Of a stretch of 64,000 nucleotides of DNA, positions 1 to 11,421 are shown in pieces. Source of the stretch: an uncultured Sinobacteraceae bacterium (GTDB lineage: Bacteria > Pseudomonadota > Gammaproteobacteria > Nevskiales > Nevskiaceae); contig CAIJRD010000001.1 of the NCBI GenBank assembly GCA_903822975.1, forward strand, positions 72,742 to 136,741, in the 5' to 3' direction. Both the position numbers and the translations under genes were made by a program. The stretch's first letter is position 1, and every line of letters starts with the position of its first letter. The notes under the pieces were generated by a model, which was not told the DNA's origin, made no database searches, and saw only the letters and a program-made list of their open reading frames with translations.

Positions 1-388
1 TGGTCGATACGCAGGGCTTGATGCCGCCGGTACCGAAGGCCATCAGAAACAGGCCGAGTGCGAGCGTGCCCTGACCACCGCCGGTGGCGAGCACCGCGCA
101 GCCGAGGCAGTACACCACCGCCAGGGTCATGATGGTTTTGAACTTGCCCCAGAACACGTCCGAAATGATCGCGCCGATCAGCGGGAAGAAGTAGGCGCCG
201 AACTTGAACAGCGATTGCCACACGGTGGCCTGCGCCTGACCGAAGTGCAGGTGCTGCACCATGTAGACGCTGAGAATGGCGTTGACGCCGTAGTAACAGA
301 AGCGCTCGGCGAACTCGTTGGCGACGATGAACGGAATGCCGGCGGGCATGCGCGCCGGGGACTCGGCGCTGGCGGTGACTGCGGTCAT
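1..388 (-). CDS. POT/PTR family proton-dependent oligopeptide transporter (N-terminal part; runs off the window edge)
   Basis: Manual translation from ATG at 388: MTAVTASAESPARMPAGIPFIVANEFAERFCYYG..., containing the ExxERFxYYG motif, then hydrophobic helices and GTGGIKP. Confidence 0.88.
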   Translation of the reverse strand, partial: MTAVTASAESPARMPAGIPFIVANEFAERFCYYGVNAILSVYMVQHLHFGQAQATVWQSLFKFGAYFFPLIGAIISDVFWGKFKTIMTLAVVYCLGCAVLATGGGQGTLALGLFLMAFGTGGIKPCVST

Positions 389-567
389 GGGGAATGGACT
401 AGAAAGCGGAAGTTGGACGCAACATAAGCCATACGCAAGTCGCGTGCGAGTCTGCGCCTTACAGTTTCACGGCGGTTGACCGGCGCTCAGCCGCTGCAGG
501 CGCGGGCAAGGAAAGCGGTTCACAAGCGATCGACCACGCCGATGCCCGGCTGCCAAGAACCTGATCC

Positions 568-1005
568 CTAAACTTCCAGCCAGAACGTCACCGGCCCGTC
601 GTTGATCAGACCGACCTGCATATCCGCGCCGAACACGCCGCTCTGAAGCTGCGGCCAGGCGACGGCGGCTTGGTGCAACAGCGCGTCGAACAAACGGCGT
701 CCGAGCTGTGGATCGGCGGCGCTGGTGAAGCTCGGGCGTGTGCCGCTGCGGGTGTCGGCGGCGAGCGTGAACTGCGGCACCAGCAGCAAGCCGCCTGCGG
801 TGTCGCGCAGGCTCAGGTTCATGCGGCCCTGCGCGTCGGCGAACACGCGGTAGCCGAGCAGGCGTTCGAGCAGGCGCGCAGCACTGGCCTCGGTGTCCTG
901 CGGCTGCACGCCGACGAGTACCAGCAGTCCCGCGCCGATCTCGGCCACGCGTTGACCGTCGATATCGACCGCGGCCTGCGTGACTCGCTGCAGCAGGCCG
1001 ATCAT
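568..1005 (-). CDS. dtd: D-aminoacyl-tRNA deacylase
   Basis: C-terminal part of ORF 568..1470: MIGLLQRV...VPQFTLAAD...[11 protein letters not shown]. Start placed at the ATG at 1005, where Dtd similarity begins. Confidence 0.93.
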   Translation of the reverse strand: MIGLLQRVTQAAVDIDGQRVAEIGAGLLVLVGVQPQDTEASAARLLERLLGYRVFADAQGRMNLSLRDTAGGLLLVPQFTLAADTRSGTRPSFTSAADPQLGRRLFDALLHQAAVAWPQLQSGVFGADMQVGLINDGPVTFWLEV

Positions 1006-1120
1006 GCGCGCGCGCTCCGCGCAGGCGTCGGTCGGTCCATCCGCAAATCGGCGCTCATCGGCACCGCTCGGGTCGACACGTGCTTCATGAGCGGCCGGCA
1101 ATTCCGTGAATAATGGTGGG

Positions 1121-2002
1121 ATGCAAACTCTACTGCGACGCGCACTCGGCGTGGTCGGCGCGCTGCCGCTGCCGCTGCTGCACGCGCTCGGCTGGCTGCT
1201 CGGCAGCCTGCTCTGGCTGGTGCCGAACAAGTTGCGCGCGATCACCGAACTGCATTTGCGCCTGTGTTTTCCGGCGTGGACGGCGGATGCGCGCCGACAG
1301 GTTGCGCGCGCCAGCCTGATCGAAAGCGCCAAGGCCGTTACCGAAGCGCCCGCGATCTGGTTCGGCGCCGAGCGCCGACTGGCGCGCTGGCGCAACGACG
1401 CTGAAACCGCCGCACAGGTGCGCCGCGTGTTGGCCGGCGGCAAGGGTGCGATCTGGCTGACGCCGCACATGGGCAGCTGGGAACTGGCCGGTCAGTTTCT
1501 CGCCGCGATCGGCGACATCACGCTGTTGTACAAGCCGCAGAAGGGCGCGTCCGACGCGGTGATCCTCGCCGGTCGCCGCCGCAGCGCCGGAGCGCATCCG
1601 GTGCCGACCAACGCGGCTGGCGTGAAGGAACTGCTCGGGGCGCTGCGTCGCGGCGAGATGATCGGACTGCTGCCGGATCATGATCCACCGGAATCCTCGA
1701 GCACGCGCTTCGCACCGCTGTTCGGCATCGACGCCAACACGATGGACCTGGTCGGCAAGCTCGCCGCGCGCATGGACGCACCGGTGTGGCTGATCGTGGC
1801 CGAGCGCCTGCCCTGGGCGCGCGGCTTCCGCTTCCATCTGCAGCCGGTGTCGGACGCGATCCGCGACGAGGCCAATGGCACCACGGTGCTGAATCAGGCG
1901 CTCGAGCGCTGCATTCAGGCCTGGCCCTCGCAGTATTGGTGGAGCTACAAGCGTTTCCGTCGCCGGCCGCCGGGAGGCGCGGACCCTTACGCCGGACTCT
2001 GA
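1121..2002 (+). CDS. lpxL: Lipid A biosynthesis lauroyl/myristoyl acyltransferase (LpxL/HtrB family)
   Basis: N-terminal membrane anchor, HMGSWE (HX4D/E) motif, [17 protein letters not shown]; divergent from dtd. Start may be 1106 or 1121. Confidence 0.85.
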   Translation: MQTLLRRALGVVGALPLPLLHALGWLLGSLLWLVPNKLRAITELHLRLCFPAWTADARRQVARASLIESAKAVTEAPAIWFGAERRLARWRNDAETAAQVRRVLAGGKGAIWLTPHMGSWELAGQFLAAIGDITLLYKPQKGASDAVILAGRRRSAGAHPVPTNAAGVKELLGALRRGEMIGLLPDHDPPESSSTRFAPLFGIDANTMDLVGKLAARMDAPVWLIVAERLPWARGFRFHLQPVSDAIRDEANGTTVLNQALERCIQAWPSQYWWSYKRFRRRPPGGADPYAGL

Positions 2003-2200
2003 GTACGCGGCGGGCGTTGCGGCCAAGCTCGCCACGTGGCTCACCAAAAAGCCCACAGCATGCTTACTTGCGGCCCCGAAGCGCTTGCGTAGACTACGGC
2101 GCGCGGAACTCGCCGCGGCGTGTTGAGTCGAAGCCGCGCCGCTTGATCCGCTCGCAGCCGTCGAACCACGACCCCCACTCGCAACTGACCGACCCTCTCC

Positions 2201-3147
<947 letters not shown>

Positions 3148-3151
<4 letters not shown>

Positions 3152-3891
3152 ATACCGTATTCACCATTGCGCAAACCGAAGCGCGCCGCATCTTCGTGTC
3201 GCCACTGGCTTGGGCGGTACTCGCGGTGATGCAGCTGATTCTCGGCTTCGTGTTCATCAACATGTTGATGGACTACGCGCGCAATGCCGCGCTGACTGGC
3301 CAGTTCATGGGTGTGGCCGATTACATCGGCGGTGGCTTGTACGGCTTTGCCACCATCATCCTGTTGCTGGTGATGCCGCTGCTGACGATGCGGATGTTCG
3401 CCGAGGAGCGTAAGAGCGGCACGCTGACGCTGCTGTTGGCCGCACCCGCCTCGCTGATCGAAATCGTGCTCGGCAAGTTCTTCGGCCTGTTCGCGTTCAT
3501 GCTCGCGGTGATCGGTCTGCTCGCGCTGATGCCGCTGACGCTGTTGTCCGGCACGCATCTGGATGTGGGCCGCATTGCTGCCGGCCTGCTCGGCCTGCTG
3601 CTGATGATGATGTCGTTCGGCGCAGCGGGTTTGTTCGTCTCGACGCTGACCAAGGAACCGACCATCGCCGCCGTTGCCAGCTTCGGCCTGCTGCTGCTGG
3701 TCTGGCTGATCCAGATTCTCGGCAACCAGCAGATCCCGTTCGCAGCGGTGTTCTCGTACTTGTCGCTGATCGGCCACTTCGAAAGCCTGCGCCGCGGCAT
3801 CTTCAATTCCGCCGACGTCATCTACTACTTCCTGTTCACCGCGTTCTTCCTGTGGCTGGCCGTGCTGCGGCTGGATATGGAACGTAACTAA
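3148..3891 (+). CDS. ABC-2 type permease (GldF-like)
   Basis: Six predicted TM segments, MRMFAEERKSGTLTLLL motif, ATGA overlap with the ATPase gene. Confidence 0.88.
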
Positions 3892-3912
3892 AGCGCGCGA
3901 AGAACGACTGCC

Positions 3913-5409
3913 ATGACCAAATCAAAAAAGCTGTTGCAACAGATCATCAATGCCCTGTTGATCGCCATTGTGCTGGGCCTGCTCGGCTGGCTTTCGGTGC
4001 ATTACAAGATCGAGGCCGACTGGACCGCGAACCATCGCAACACGCTCACCGAGGGAAGCCAGAAGCTGCTGAAGTCGCTGAGCGATCCGGTCAAGTTCGT
4101 CGACTTCGACTACGCCAACTCGGACACGCGCACCGACGTGCAGCAGTGGGTCGACCGCTACAAGCGCTTCAAGAAAGACGTGACGGTCGAGTTCGTCGAT
4201 CCTTCGCGCGAGCCCGGCAAGGTCAAGGAATACAACGTCCAGCAGCCCGGCGAACTGGTACTGGAATACCAGGGCCGGCGTGAGCATTTGAGCGCGCTCA
4301 GCGAAGTCACCATCACCGGCGCACTGCAGCGCATGACCGATTCGGGCGATCACTTCATCGTGTTCCTGCAGGGCCACGGCGAGCGCTCGCTGGAAGCCGA
4401 CGGCAAGGACACGGCGTTCGACCAGTTCGTCACCGCGCTGACCGACAAGGGATTGAAAGCCGCGCCGCTGAATCTGGTGAAAACGCCGAAGATCCCGGAC
4501 AACGCCGCTGCACTGGTGATCGCCAGCCCGACGCAGAAACTGCTCGACGGCGAGATCAAGATCATCAACGACTGGGTCGCCGGCGGCGGCAATCTACTGT
4601 GGTTGACCGACCCCGATCAGCCGGCCGGCCTCGACGCACTCGCGAAGACGCTCAACATCACCTGGCTCAACGGCTTCGCGGTGTTTCCGGACTACGAAGC
4701 GCTCGGCACCGGCAGCCCCGGCGTCTATGTCGCCACCGACTATCCGCCGAACCCGGTGACGCAGGGCTTCACCGACATCACGGCGTATCCGCTGACGCGC
4801 GCACTGAGCTGGGACAAGGATGCCGCCAAAGCCGCCGGCTGGGATGTGCAGCCGCTGCTGACGACCAACGCCAATGCCTGGCTCGAAACCGGCAAGATGG
4901 AAGGCGCAGTCAAGTTCGACGAGAAAGACGGCGACAAGCCGGGTCCGCTGACGATCGGCTTGACGCTGACGCGCGAGATCAAGGCGCCGAGCGCTACTGA
5001 AACGAAAGCGGATGCAAACACATCTGGCACCAAGCCTGCGGATGCCGCGGCCGATGCCAAATCGGCAGCGGACAAACCGGCCGCCGACGCGGCAAAAGCG
5101 GATGCCGCCAAGTCCGGCGATGACAGCGCCAAGCCGCACACGCAGCGCGTGGTGCTGCTCGGCGACAGCGACTTCTTAAGCGACGCCAACCTGCCCGCGC
5201 TCGGCAACAAGCAGCTCGGTCTCAACATCGTGCAGTGGCTCGCCTCGCGCGATTCGCAGCTCAACATCGATGTGCCGAAAGCACCCGATGCCTCGCTGTT
5301 CCTGCCCGGCTGGGCAACCTGGGTCATCGGTATCGGCTACACGCTGCTGCTGCCGGCGCTGCTGCTCGGTTATGGCGTGATGCGCTGGCTCGTGCGGCGG
5401 CGTCGCTGA
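3913..5409 (+). CDS. GldG-like ABC-type uncharacterised auxiliary component
   Basis: N- and C-terminal TM helices, DWTANHRNTL, FLQGHGER, VLLGDSDFLSD motifs; Ala/Asp/Lys-rich insertion near the C-terminus. Confidence 0.85.
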   Translation: MTKSKKLLQQIINALLIAIVLGLLGWLSVHYKIEADWTANHRNTLTEGSQKLLKSLSDPVKFVDFDYANSDTRTDVQQWVDRYKRFKKDVTVEFVDPSREPGKVKEYNVQQPGELVLEYQGRREHLSALSEVTITGALQRMTDSGDHFIVFLQGHGERSLEADGKDTAFDQFVTALTDKGLKAAPLNLVKTPKIPDNAAALVIASPTQKLLDGEIKIINDWVAGGGNLLWLTDPDQPAGLDALAKTLNITWLNGFAVFPDYEALGTGSPGVYVATDYPPNPVTQGFTDITAYPLTRALSWDKDAAKAAGWDVQPLLTTNANAWLETGKMEGAVKFDEKDGDKPGPLTIGLTLTREIKAPSATETKADANTSGTKPADAAADAKSAADKPAADAAKADAAKSGDDSAKPHTQRVVLLGDSDFLSDANLPALGNKQLGLNIVQWLASRDSQLNIDVPKAPDASLFLPGWATWVIGIGYTLLLPALLLGYGVMRWLVRRRR

Positions 5410-5431
5410 AGCGCGCAAAGGCAGGCACGAG

Positions 5432-6433
5432 ATGAAGCAGAAGCATCTGAATGTAGCGCTCGGCGTGGTCGCGCTGGCGATGGTTGGCGGCGTGATGCTG
5501 GCGCAGAAGAAGAGCGCGCCGAAAGCCGCGCCGCTGACGACGCTCGATGCCGCCGCAATCGAGCGCATCGCGATCAAATATCCGGGCAAGCCGGAGATCG
5601 ATCTGGCGAAGAAGGATGGCGCCTGGGCGTTGACGCAGCCGGTCGCAATTGCCGCCGATCCGTTCGAGGTGCAGTCGCTCACCGCGCTGGCGAGCAGCGA
5701 AGTGCGCTCGACGATCGACGATCTGACGAGCATCAAGCTGGCAGACTTCGGCCTCGATCCCGCCGGCTTCGAAATCGTGTTGAACGATACACCGCTGGAT
5801 TTCGGCGGTGTCGAACCGCTGCGCTATCAGCGCTACGTCAAAACCGCTGGCCATATCGCACTGATCGACGATCCGCAGAGCCCCGCGCTGGATTCGAACT
5901 ATTCGGACCTGGTATCGAAGCGCTTGCTGCCGGAAGGCGCCGAGATTGCGAAGATCGAAGTGCCTGGCCTCGTGGTCGCTCGCGCGCCAGCCGGACCGGG
6001 TTGGACCTCGCTGCCGGTCGACGCCGCGGCTTCGTCCGACCGCCTGCAGAAGTTCGCCGATGCCTGGCGCGAAGCACGCGCCACCTGGAACCAGGCGGTC
6101 TCGGCGATGGAGCCGCCGCCGAAGGCGCCAACCGAAACCGCCGTGCTGACGCTCAAGGATGGCAGCGTGCTCAGCTTCATCATCGCCAGCCGCAGCCCGC
6201 AATTAGTCCTCGAACGCAGCGATCTCAAGCTGCGCTACAACCTGCCGCAGACCGCGGTCGAGCAGCTCCTGCAATTGCCGCCACTGAAACCTACGGCGGA
6301 TCACGACGCAGCCGGCGGCAACGGCGCGGTGCCCGCGCTGCCGGGTGTTGCGATGCCGGGCACCGAGTCTTCGGCTGCTCCCGCGGCAAGCGATGCCGCG
6401 CTGGACAAGTCCGGAAGCAAACCGGCACGCTGA
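5432..6433 (+). CDS. DUF4340-like membrane-anchored protein
   Basis: N-terminal TM, W..TQP...AD and FGLDP motifs; usual fourth gene of Gld-like operons. Confidence 0.75.
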   Translation: MKQKHLNVALGVVALAMVGGVMLAQKKSAPKAAPLTTLDAAAIERIAIKYPGKPEIDLAKKDGAWALTQPVAIAADPFEVQSLTALASSEVRSTIDDLTSIKLADFGLDPAGFEIVLNDTPLDFGGVEPLRYQRYVKTAGHIALIDDPQSPALDSNYSDLVSKRLLPEGAEIAKIEVPGLVVARAPAGPGWTSLPVDAAASSDRLQKFADAWREARATWNQAVSAMEPPPKAPTETAVLTLKDGSVLSFIIASRSPQLVLERSDLKLRYNLPQTAVEQLLQLPPLKPTADHDAAGGNGAVPALPGVAMPGTESSAAPAASDAALDKSGSKPAR

Positions 6434-6437
6434 CGCG

Positions 6438-7265
6438 GTGCCTGAACTTCCAGAAGTCGAGACCATCCGCCGCGGTGTCGAGGGCATGGTGCTGGGTCGC
6501 ACGATCGCCGCCGTCACCGTGCGCGACGCGCGACTGCGCTGGCCCATTCCGCCCGACTTCGCGGCCTTTGCGCGCGGCAAGACGATCCATGCGGTCGCAC
6601 GCCGCGGCAAATACCTGATCTTCGATCTCGGCGGCGATCGCTTAATCGTGCACCTCGGCATGTCGGGGCGCTTGTTCGTTGTGGATACCGCGGTGCCCGC
6701 GCGCAAGCACGATCATGTCGACTTCGACCTCGCCGATGCCGGCGGCAACATCCTGCGCCTGCGCTTCCACGATCCGCGACGCTTTGGCGCGGTACTGCCC
6801 TGGCCGGCGTCGCAGGCGGAACACCCCTTGATCCAGGGCATGGGCCCGGAGCCGTTCGGTGACGAGTTCTCCGGCGAGTATCTGTTCCTGCTGTCGCGCG
6901 GACGCAGCGCGCCGCTGAAAAACTTCGTGATGGACGGCCGCGTCGTTGTCGGGGTCGGCAACATCTACGCAAGCGAAGCACTGTTCCGCGCCGGTCTGCG
7001 TCCGCAGCGTGCCGCCGGCCGCGTCAGCCGCGCCCAATTCGAGAAGCTCGCCGCCTGCATTCTCGAAGTCTTGCGCATCGCGATTGCGGCGGGCGGCACG
7101 ACGCTGCGCGACTTCGCCAATGCACGCGGCGAGTCCGGCTATTTTCAGCAGGCCTTGATGGTCTATGGCCGCGAAGGCGAGCCCTGTACGGTCTGCGGTA
7201 CGGCGGTGAAGCGCCTGGTGATCGGTCAGCGCTCGAGCTTTTTCTGCCCGCAGTGCCAGCGCTGA
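6438..7265 (+). CDS. mutM: Formamidopyrimidine-DNA glycosylase
   Basis: GTG start giving (M)PELPEVE, RRGKYL, HLGMSG, GVGNIYASE and C-terminal zinc finger CTVC...CPQCQR. Confidence 0.96.
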   Translation: MPELPEVETIRRGVEGMVLGRTIAAVTVRDARLRWPIPPDFAAFARGKTIHAVARRGKYLIFDLGGDRLIVHLGMSGRLFVVDTAVPARKHDHVDFDLADAGGNILRLRFHDPRRFGAVLPWPASQAEHPLIQGMGPEPFGDEFSGEYLFLLSRGRSAPLKNFVMDGRVVVGVGNIYASEALFRAGLRPQRAAGRVSRAQFEKLAACILEVLRIAIAAGGTTLRDFANARGESGYFQQALMVYGREGEPCTVCGTAVKRLVIGQRSSFFCPQCQR

Positions 7266-7459
7266 AAGTCACCGCTTGACCGACGCCCCGCAGCAGGTTC
7301 GCTGACGCACGCTCCGAAAAAATCAGCTGCGGCAAACTATCGCCGCCGTGTGCGGAACGATCGACGACGGCGGCGAGCGTGTTCGATGACGCTGCGGATT
7401 CACGAATGATCAGCGGACGCAACACGCCGTAGAACCCCGGAATCAACGAAACAGGGAGT

Positions 7460-8779
7460 GTGCCGATGAAGCTGGCTGAGCCATTGGCGTTGCGCTGCGG
7501 CGCCACGCTGCCGAACCGCCTGTGCAAGAGTGCAATGACCGAAGGGCTGGCGGATGCTTGGCTGCGGCCGACAGCAGGTCACGTCGAGTTGTATCGACGC
7601 TGGTCCGAAGGTGGCGCGGGACTGCTGATCACCGGCAACGTCATGGTCGATCGAAAGGTGCTCGAGCGGCCCGGCAATGTCGCGATCGATCCAGCGCCAA
7701 CCGACGCGGCGACGATGCAGCGGCTGAAAGCTTGGTCCCGCGCCGGCACCGTCGCCGGCAATCATCTGTGGATGCAGATCAATCACGCCGGTCGGCAATC
7801 GCCCTGGTATGTGACGCGCCAGCCCTTGGCGCCTTCGCCGGTGCAACTCAAGCTGCTGGCGAACTACGCGAAACCGCGCGCGCTCACCGAGGACGAAATC
7901 CTCGATCTGATCCAGCGCTACGCGCGCGTCGCGGCGACCGCACGCGAGGCCGGCTTCACCGGTGTGCAGGTGCACGCTGCGCATGGTTATCTGATTTCAT
8001 CGTTCCTGTCGGGCGTGACCAACCAGCGCAGCGACGCCTGGGGCGGCAGCCTGGCCAATCGCGCGCGCTTTCTGCTGGAGACGCTGAAGGCCGTGCGCGC
8101 GCAGGTCGGCGATGATTTTGCTGTTGGCATCAAGCTGAATTCGGCAGACTTCCAGAAAGGCGGCTTCACCAACGAGGAGTGCCTGCAGGTGGTGGCCTGG
8201 CTGAATGACGCCAAGCTCGATCTGCTGGAGATCTCGGGCGGCACTTACGAGCAACCGCGCCTGCTCGGCTACGAAGGCAAGGCGGCTTCGCAGGCCGGCC
8301 CGCACGTGGCCGATACGACTCGACGGCGCGAAGCCTACTTCCTCGACTACGCAGCGGCGATCCGCAAGGTCGCAACGATGCCGCTGCTGGTTACGGGCGG
8401 CTTTCGCACGCGCGCCGGCATGGACGATGCGCTGAATGCCAACGAGTGCGACGTGATCGGTCTCGCGCGCCCCTTGTGCGGCGAGCCGGACCTGCCGAAA
8501 CGCCTGCTTGCCAACCAGGTGCAGGAGCTGCCGCGTTACGAAAAGCGCATGCAGCTCGGCCGCGGCATCCTCGCGCCGACCACGCCCGTATTTCTGTTCC
8601 GTTTGATCAATGTATTCGGCCAGCAGGGCTGGTATTACCTGCAGATCTTCCGGCTCGCCAAGGGCCTTTCGGCGGACGACGGTCTGGGCGTGTTCGGCGC
8701 GTTCTGGCGCTATCTGCTCGACGAATATCGCAATGCCTGGCGCCTGCACCGCGCCCGTACTCGCGAACCGTCGGCCTGA
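7460..8779 (+). CDS. NADH:flavin oxidoreductase / Old Yellow Enzyme family
   Basis: NRLCKSAMTE, QINHAGRQ, HAAHGYLISSFLS, NQRSDAWGGSL, EISGGTYE motifs; RBS agggag upstream. Confidence 0.9.
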   Translation: MPMKLAEPLALRCGATLPNRLCKSAMTEGLADAWLRPTAGHVELYRRWSEGGAGLLITGNVMVDRKVLERPGNVAIDPAPTDAATMQRLKAWSRAGTVAGNHLWMQINHAGRQSPWYVTRQPLAPSPVQLKLLANYAKPRALTEDEILDLIQRYARVAATAREAGFTGVQVHAAHGYLISSFLSGVTNQRSDAWGGSLANRARFLLETLKAVRAQVGDDFAVGIKLNSADFQKGGFTNEECLQVVAWLNDAKLDLLEISGGTYEQPRLLGYEGKAASQAGPHVADTTRRREAYFLDYAAAIRKVATMPLLVTGGFRTRAGMDDALNANECDVIGLARPLCGEPDLPKRLLANQVQELPRYEKRMQLGRGILAPTTPVFLFRLINVFGQQGWYYLQIFRLAKGLSADDGLGVFGAFWRYLLDEYRNAWRLHRARTREPSA

Positions 8780-8898
8780 GTTCGGGTCGAAGTCAGAGTC
8801 AAGGTCCGCGCGCAGCGTTGTTGCGTAACGGTCGAGCAGGTTTGTAGAGTGACCAAAGGCCGCCTTACGTGCGGCCGATATTGCTAGGAGGTACTGCG

Positions 8899-9261
8899 AT
8901 GAAAACGCGATCGCTTGTGTCCCTGCTGATGTTCGCTTCGGGCGCATTCCCGATGGGCGCTGCGCTGGCTGCCGACGATGCGGCGAAGATCCCGGCGCCG
9001 GTGGTCCCGGTTGTCAGCGCGGCTCAGCCGCCGCCACCGTCGAGTCCGATTCCGGCGCCGAGCCTTGCGGTGCAGCCGCCGAGCACGGCCAATGATCCTT
9101 TGGCGCAGCGTTGCGAAAACGAAACTGCGAGCCGAATTCGCGCGGCGTCCTGCGATCAATCCGTGCGGACCTATAGCAGCGACGACATTTCGCGCACTGG
9201 TGAAACCTCGCTGGGTGCTGCATTGACCAAGCTCGATCCCTCCGTCTCGGTCCGTCGCTGA
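8899..9261 (+). CDS. Small secreted protein, Pro-rich linker, C-terminal TonB-box/plug-start-like segment
   Basis: RBS aggagg, ATG 8899, signal peptide ending ALA-AD, Pro-rich stretch, then CENETASRIRAASCDQSVRTYSSDDISRTGETSLGAALTKLDPSVSV. Confidence 0.7.
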   Translation: MKTRSLVSLLMFASGAFPMGAALAADDAAKIPAPVVPVVSAAQPPPPSSPIPAPSLAVQPPSTANDPLAQRCENETASRIRAASCDQSVRTYSSDDISRTGETSLGAALTKLDPSVSVRR

Positions 9262-9504
9262 CAAAATCACGCTTGCCGATCGGCAATGGTGAACGCGCAC
9301 CGCGCGCGCTTCGTTCGTTCAGTCGTTCAGTCGTTAGGTTGTTTTGAAAGCGATTGGGGCAGCGCGGCAATCGTGTCCATGCGTACGATTCGCATGTAAT
9401 TCTGAAATCGGCACCGCTTGTGCGCCGCGTCAACTTACGCGCGGGATTGCAAGATCGATTTGTGCCTCGCGCTCGTCGATCGAGTTTACGGTTGCATCTG
9501 CGCG

Positions 9505-9909
9505 CTAGTTCAGCACGCGGGGGATTGCCAGACGGAACGGATCGATACGCGCATCGAAGTTCTCGCCTTCGCTGGTGATCATCTGAAAGCTGCCGTGCAT
9601 GGTTCCGACCGGCGTCGTCAGCGGGCAGCCGCTGCTGTACTGGAATTCTTCGCCCGGCTTCAGCGTCGGCTGATAACCGACCACACCGGGGCCGCGCACT
9701 TCTTCGATACGTCCTTCGCCATCGGTAATGATCCAGTGCCGCGACAAGAGTTGCACGGTCTCGTCACCTTGATTGCGGATGGTGATGTGATACGCGAACA
9801 GATAATGCGAATTGGACGGATCGCTCTGTTCTTCGACATACCGCGGCAGCACGCGAATGCTGATGTGTCGCGTGGTGGTTTCGCTGACGGCCGTACGCAG
9901 CCCGTTCAC
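9505..9909 (-). CDS. apaG: ApaG/DUF525 family protein
   Basis: YLFAYHITIRN, QLLSRHWIITD, VRGPGVVGYQP, YSSGCPL motifs; GTG start overlaps the sufT stop. Confidence 0.92.
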   Translation of the reverse strand: MNGLRTAVSETTTRHISIRVLPRYVEEQSDPSNSHYLFAYHITIRNQGDETVQLLSRHWIITDGEGRIEEVRGPGVVGYQPTLKPGEEFQYSSGCPLTTPVGTMHGSFQMITSEGENFDARIDPFRLAIPRVLN

Positions 9910-10451
9910 ATGAAACCTGCCTGGAGCTGGGCTTCTTCGCTCATCATGTCGCGCGTCCATGGTGGGTCGAACACCAGTTCAACGTCGGCCTCGTTGACGC
10001 CGGGCACGCGCTGCGCTTTGTCGCGCACATCGGCAACCAGCACTTCGCCCATGCCGCAGCCCGGCGCGGTCAAGGTCATCCGCACGCGCGCGATCCAGCC
10101 CTTATCTTCTTTCGGCTCGAGGCGGCATTCGTAGATCAGGCCGAGGTCGACGATATTGATCGGGATTTCCGGGTCGTAGCAGGTCTTCAGCTGGGTCCAC
10201 ACCGCGGCTTCGACTTCGGCTTCGCTGGCATCGGCGGCCAGCTCTGGCGCGGCATCGGCTTTGCGACCGATGGCATCGGCGTCTTTCCCCTCGATGCGGA
10301 ACAGATGGCCCTGCACCTGCACGGTGTAGCTGCCACCGAGCGCCTGCGTAATCGTCGCCTCGGCGCCTTCGGGCAATTCGACCTTGGTGCCTGCGGGAAT
10401 CAGGGTGCCCACGACATCGCGCGTGAGCGTGGCAGTTTCGTTGGCGTACAT
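9906..10451 (-). CDS. sufT: Fe-S cluster assembly protein SufT (DUF59/PaaD-like)
   Basis: TQALGGSYTV N-domain, CYDPEIPINIVDLGLIY, MTLTAPGCGMG, FDPPW motifs. Confidence 0.9.
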   Translation of the reverse strand: MYANETATLTRDVVGTLIPAGTKVELPEGAEATITQALGGSYTVQVQGHLFRIEGKDADAIGRKADAAPELAADASEAEVEAAVWTQLKTCYDPEIPINIVDLGLIYECRLEPKEDKGWIARVRMTLTAPGCGMGEVLVADVRDKAQRVPGVNEADVELVFDPPWTRDMMSEEAQLQAGFM

Positions 10452-10692
10452 GGGGACAGGTTGAGGGCGCTCGCGCCCGATTAAAGACTACGCGGATCAA
10501 GCGATCCGGTTGCCGAGATAGACACTGATATTAAACGCGACGGGCGATGTTCGCATCCGCGTGTCGCGCGGTGGTTGTAACCGACATGCCGAAACGCGCC
10601 GCATCCGTGTGATCCGCTGGTCCGCTGGCGGGCTTGTGATGACCGTTGATTGCCTGCAGGATGCAGACCTACCCATCACCGGTGGTCGTCCA

Positions 10693-11421
10693 ATGCATTC
10701 CGTCGCTCGCTACAGCCTCGTCTTTCTTGTTGCCTGCGCTGGCGCGGCAGGTGCTGACTCGCTGCCCGATCGCCGCGCGGTGAGCGTCAACGGGCGTGGC
10801 GAAGTGATGGCGACACCGGATCGCGCCAAGCTCGCGATGAGTGTCGAGGTGATCAAGCCCGATCTGCGCGCAGCCCAAACCGAGGTGAATCGCATCGTCC
10901 GCGACTACCTCGCCAGCGCGAAGACGCTCGGCGCGAAGGACGAAGACATTTCCACGGCAGGTTTGAGCATCCGCGCAGAGTACGACTACTCCGGCAAAAA
11001 TGGCCGCAAGTTTCTTGGGTATCACGTGACGCGCGGTCTGCAGGTGCAGGTGCGCGATCTCGACAAGATCGGTGACTTTCTGCTGCGCGCGACCGACGCT
11101 GGCATCAACAACGTCTCGGATCCGCAGCTCGAATCGTCCAAAGCGGAGGACTACCAACGGCAGGCCTTGGCGAAGGCAGCAATTGATGCGCGCGCAAAAG
11201 CACAGGTGCTGGCCGACACGCTCAACGTCAAGCTCGGTGCGATCCATACGCTGAATGCCAACGTCGACAACGATCAGCCGCAGCCGCCGCGTCCGATGCT
11301 GATGATGAAGATGGCGGCCAGCGCGCCGGATGCCGACGGCAATAGCCAGATGGGTTTTTCCGCCGGTCAGCTGCAGTACTCCGCCAGCGTGAGCGCCGAA
11401 TTCGATCTGCTTGCGCCCTGA
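10693..11421 (+). CDS. SIMPL/DUF541 (YggE-like) periplasmic protein
   Basis: Signal peptide, VSVNGRGEV..TPD, AAIDARAKAQVLA, SASVSAEFDL motifs. Start at ATG 10693 chosen from the signal peptide. Confidence 0.85.
   Translation: MHSVARYSLVFLVACAGAAGADSLPDRRAVSVNGRGEVMATPDRAKLAMSVEVIKPDLRAAQTEVNRIVRDYLASAKTLGAKDEDISTAGLSIRAEYDYSGKNGRKFLGYHVTRGLQVQVRDLDKIGDFLLRATDAGINNVSDPQLESSKAEDYQRQALAKAAIDARAKAQVLADTLNVKLGAIHTLNANVDNDQPQPPRPMLMMKMAASAPDADGNSQMGFSAGQLQYSASVSAEFDLLAP

Noticed and set aside
1006-1470. N-terminal extension of the dtd ORF overlapping lpxL
   Set aside because: Dtd similarity starts at the ATG at 1005; the extension is the antisense of lpxL.
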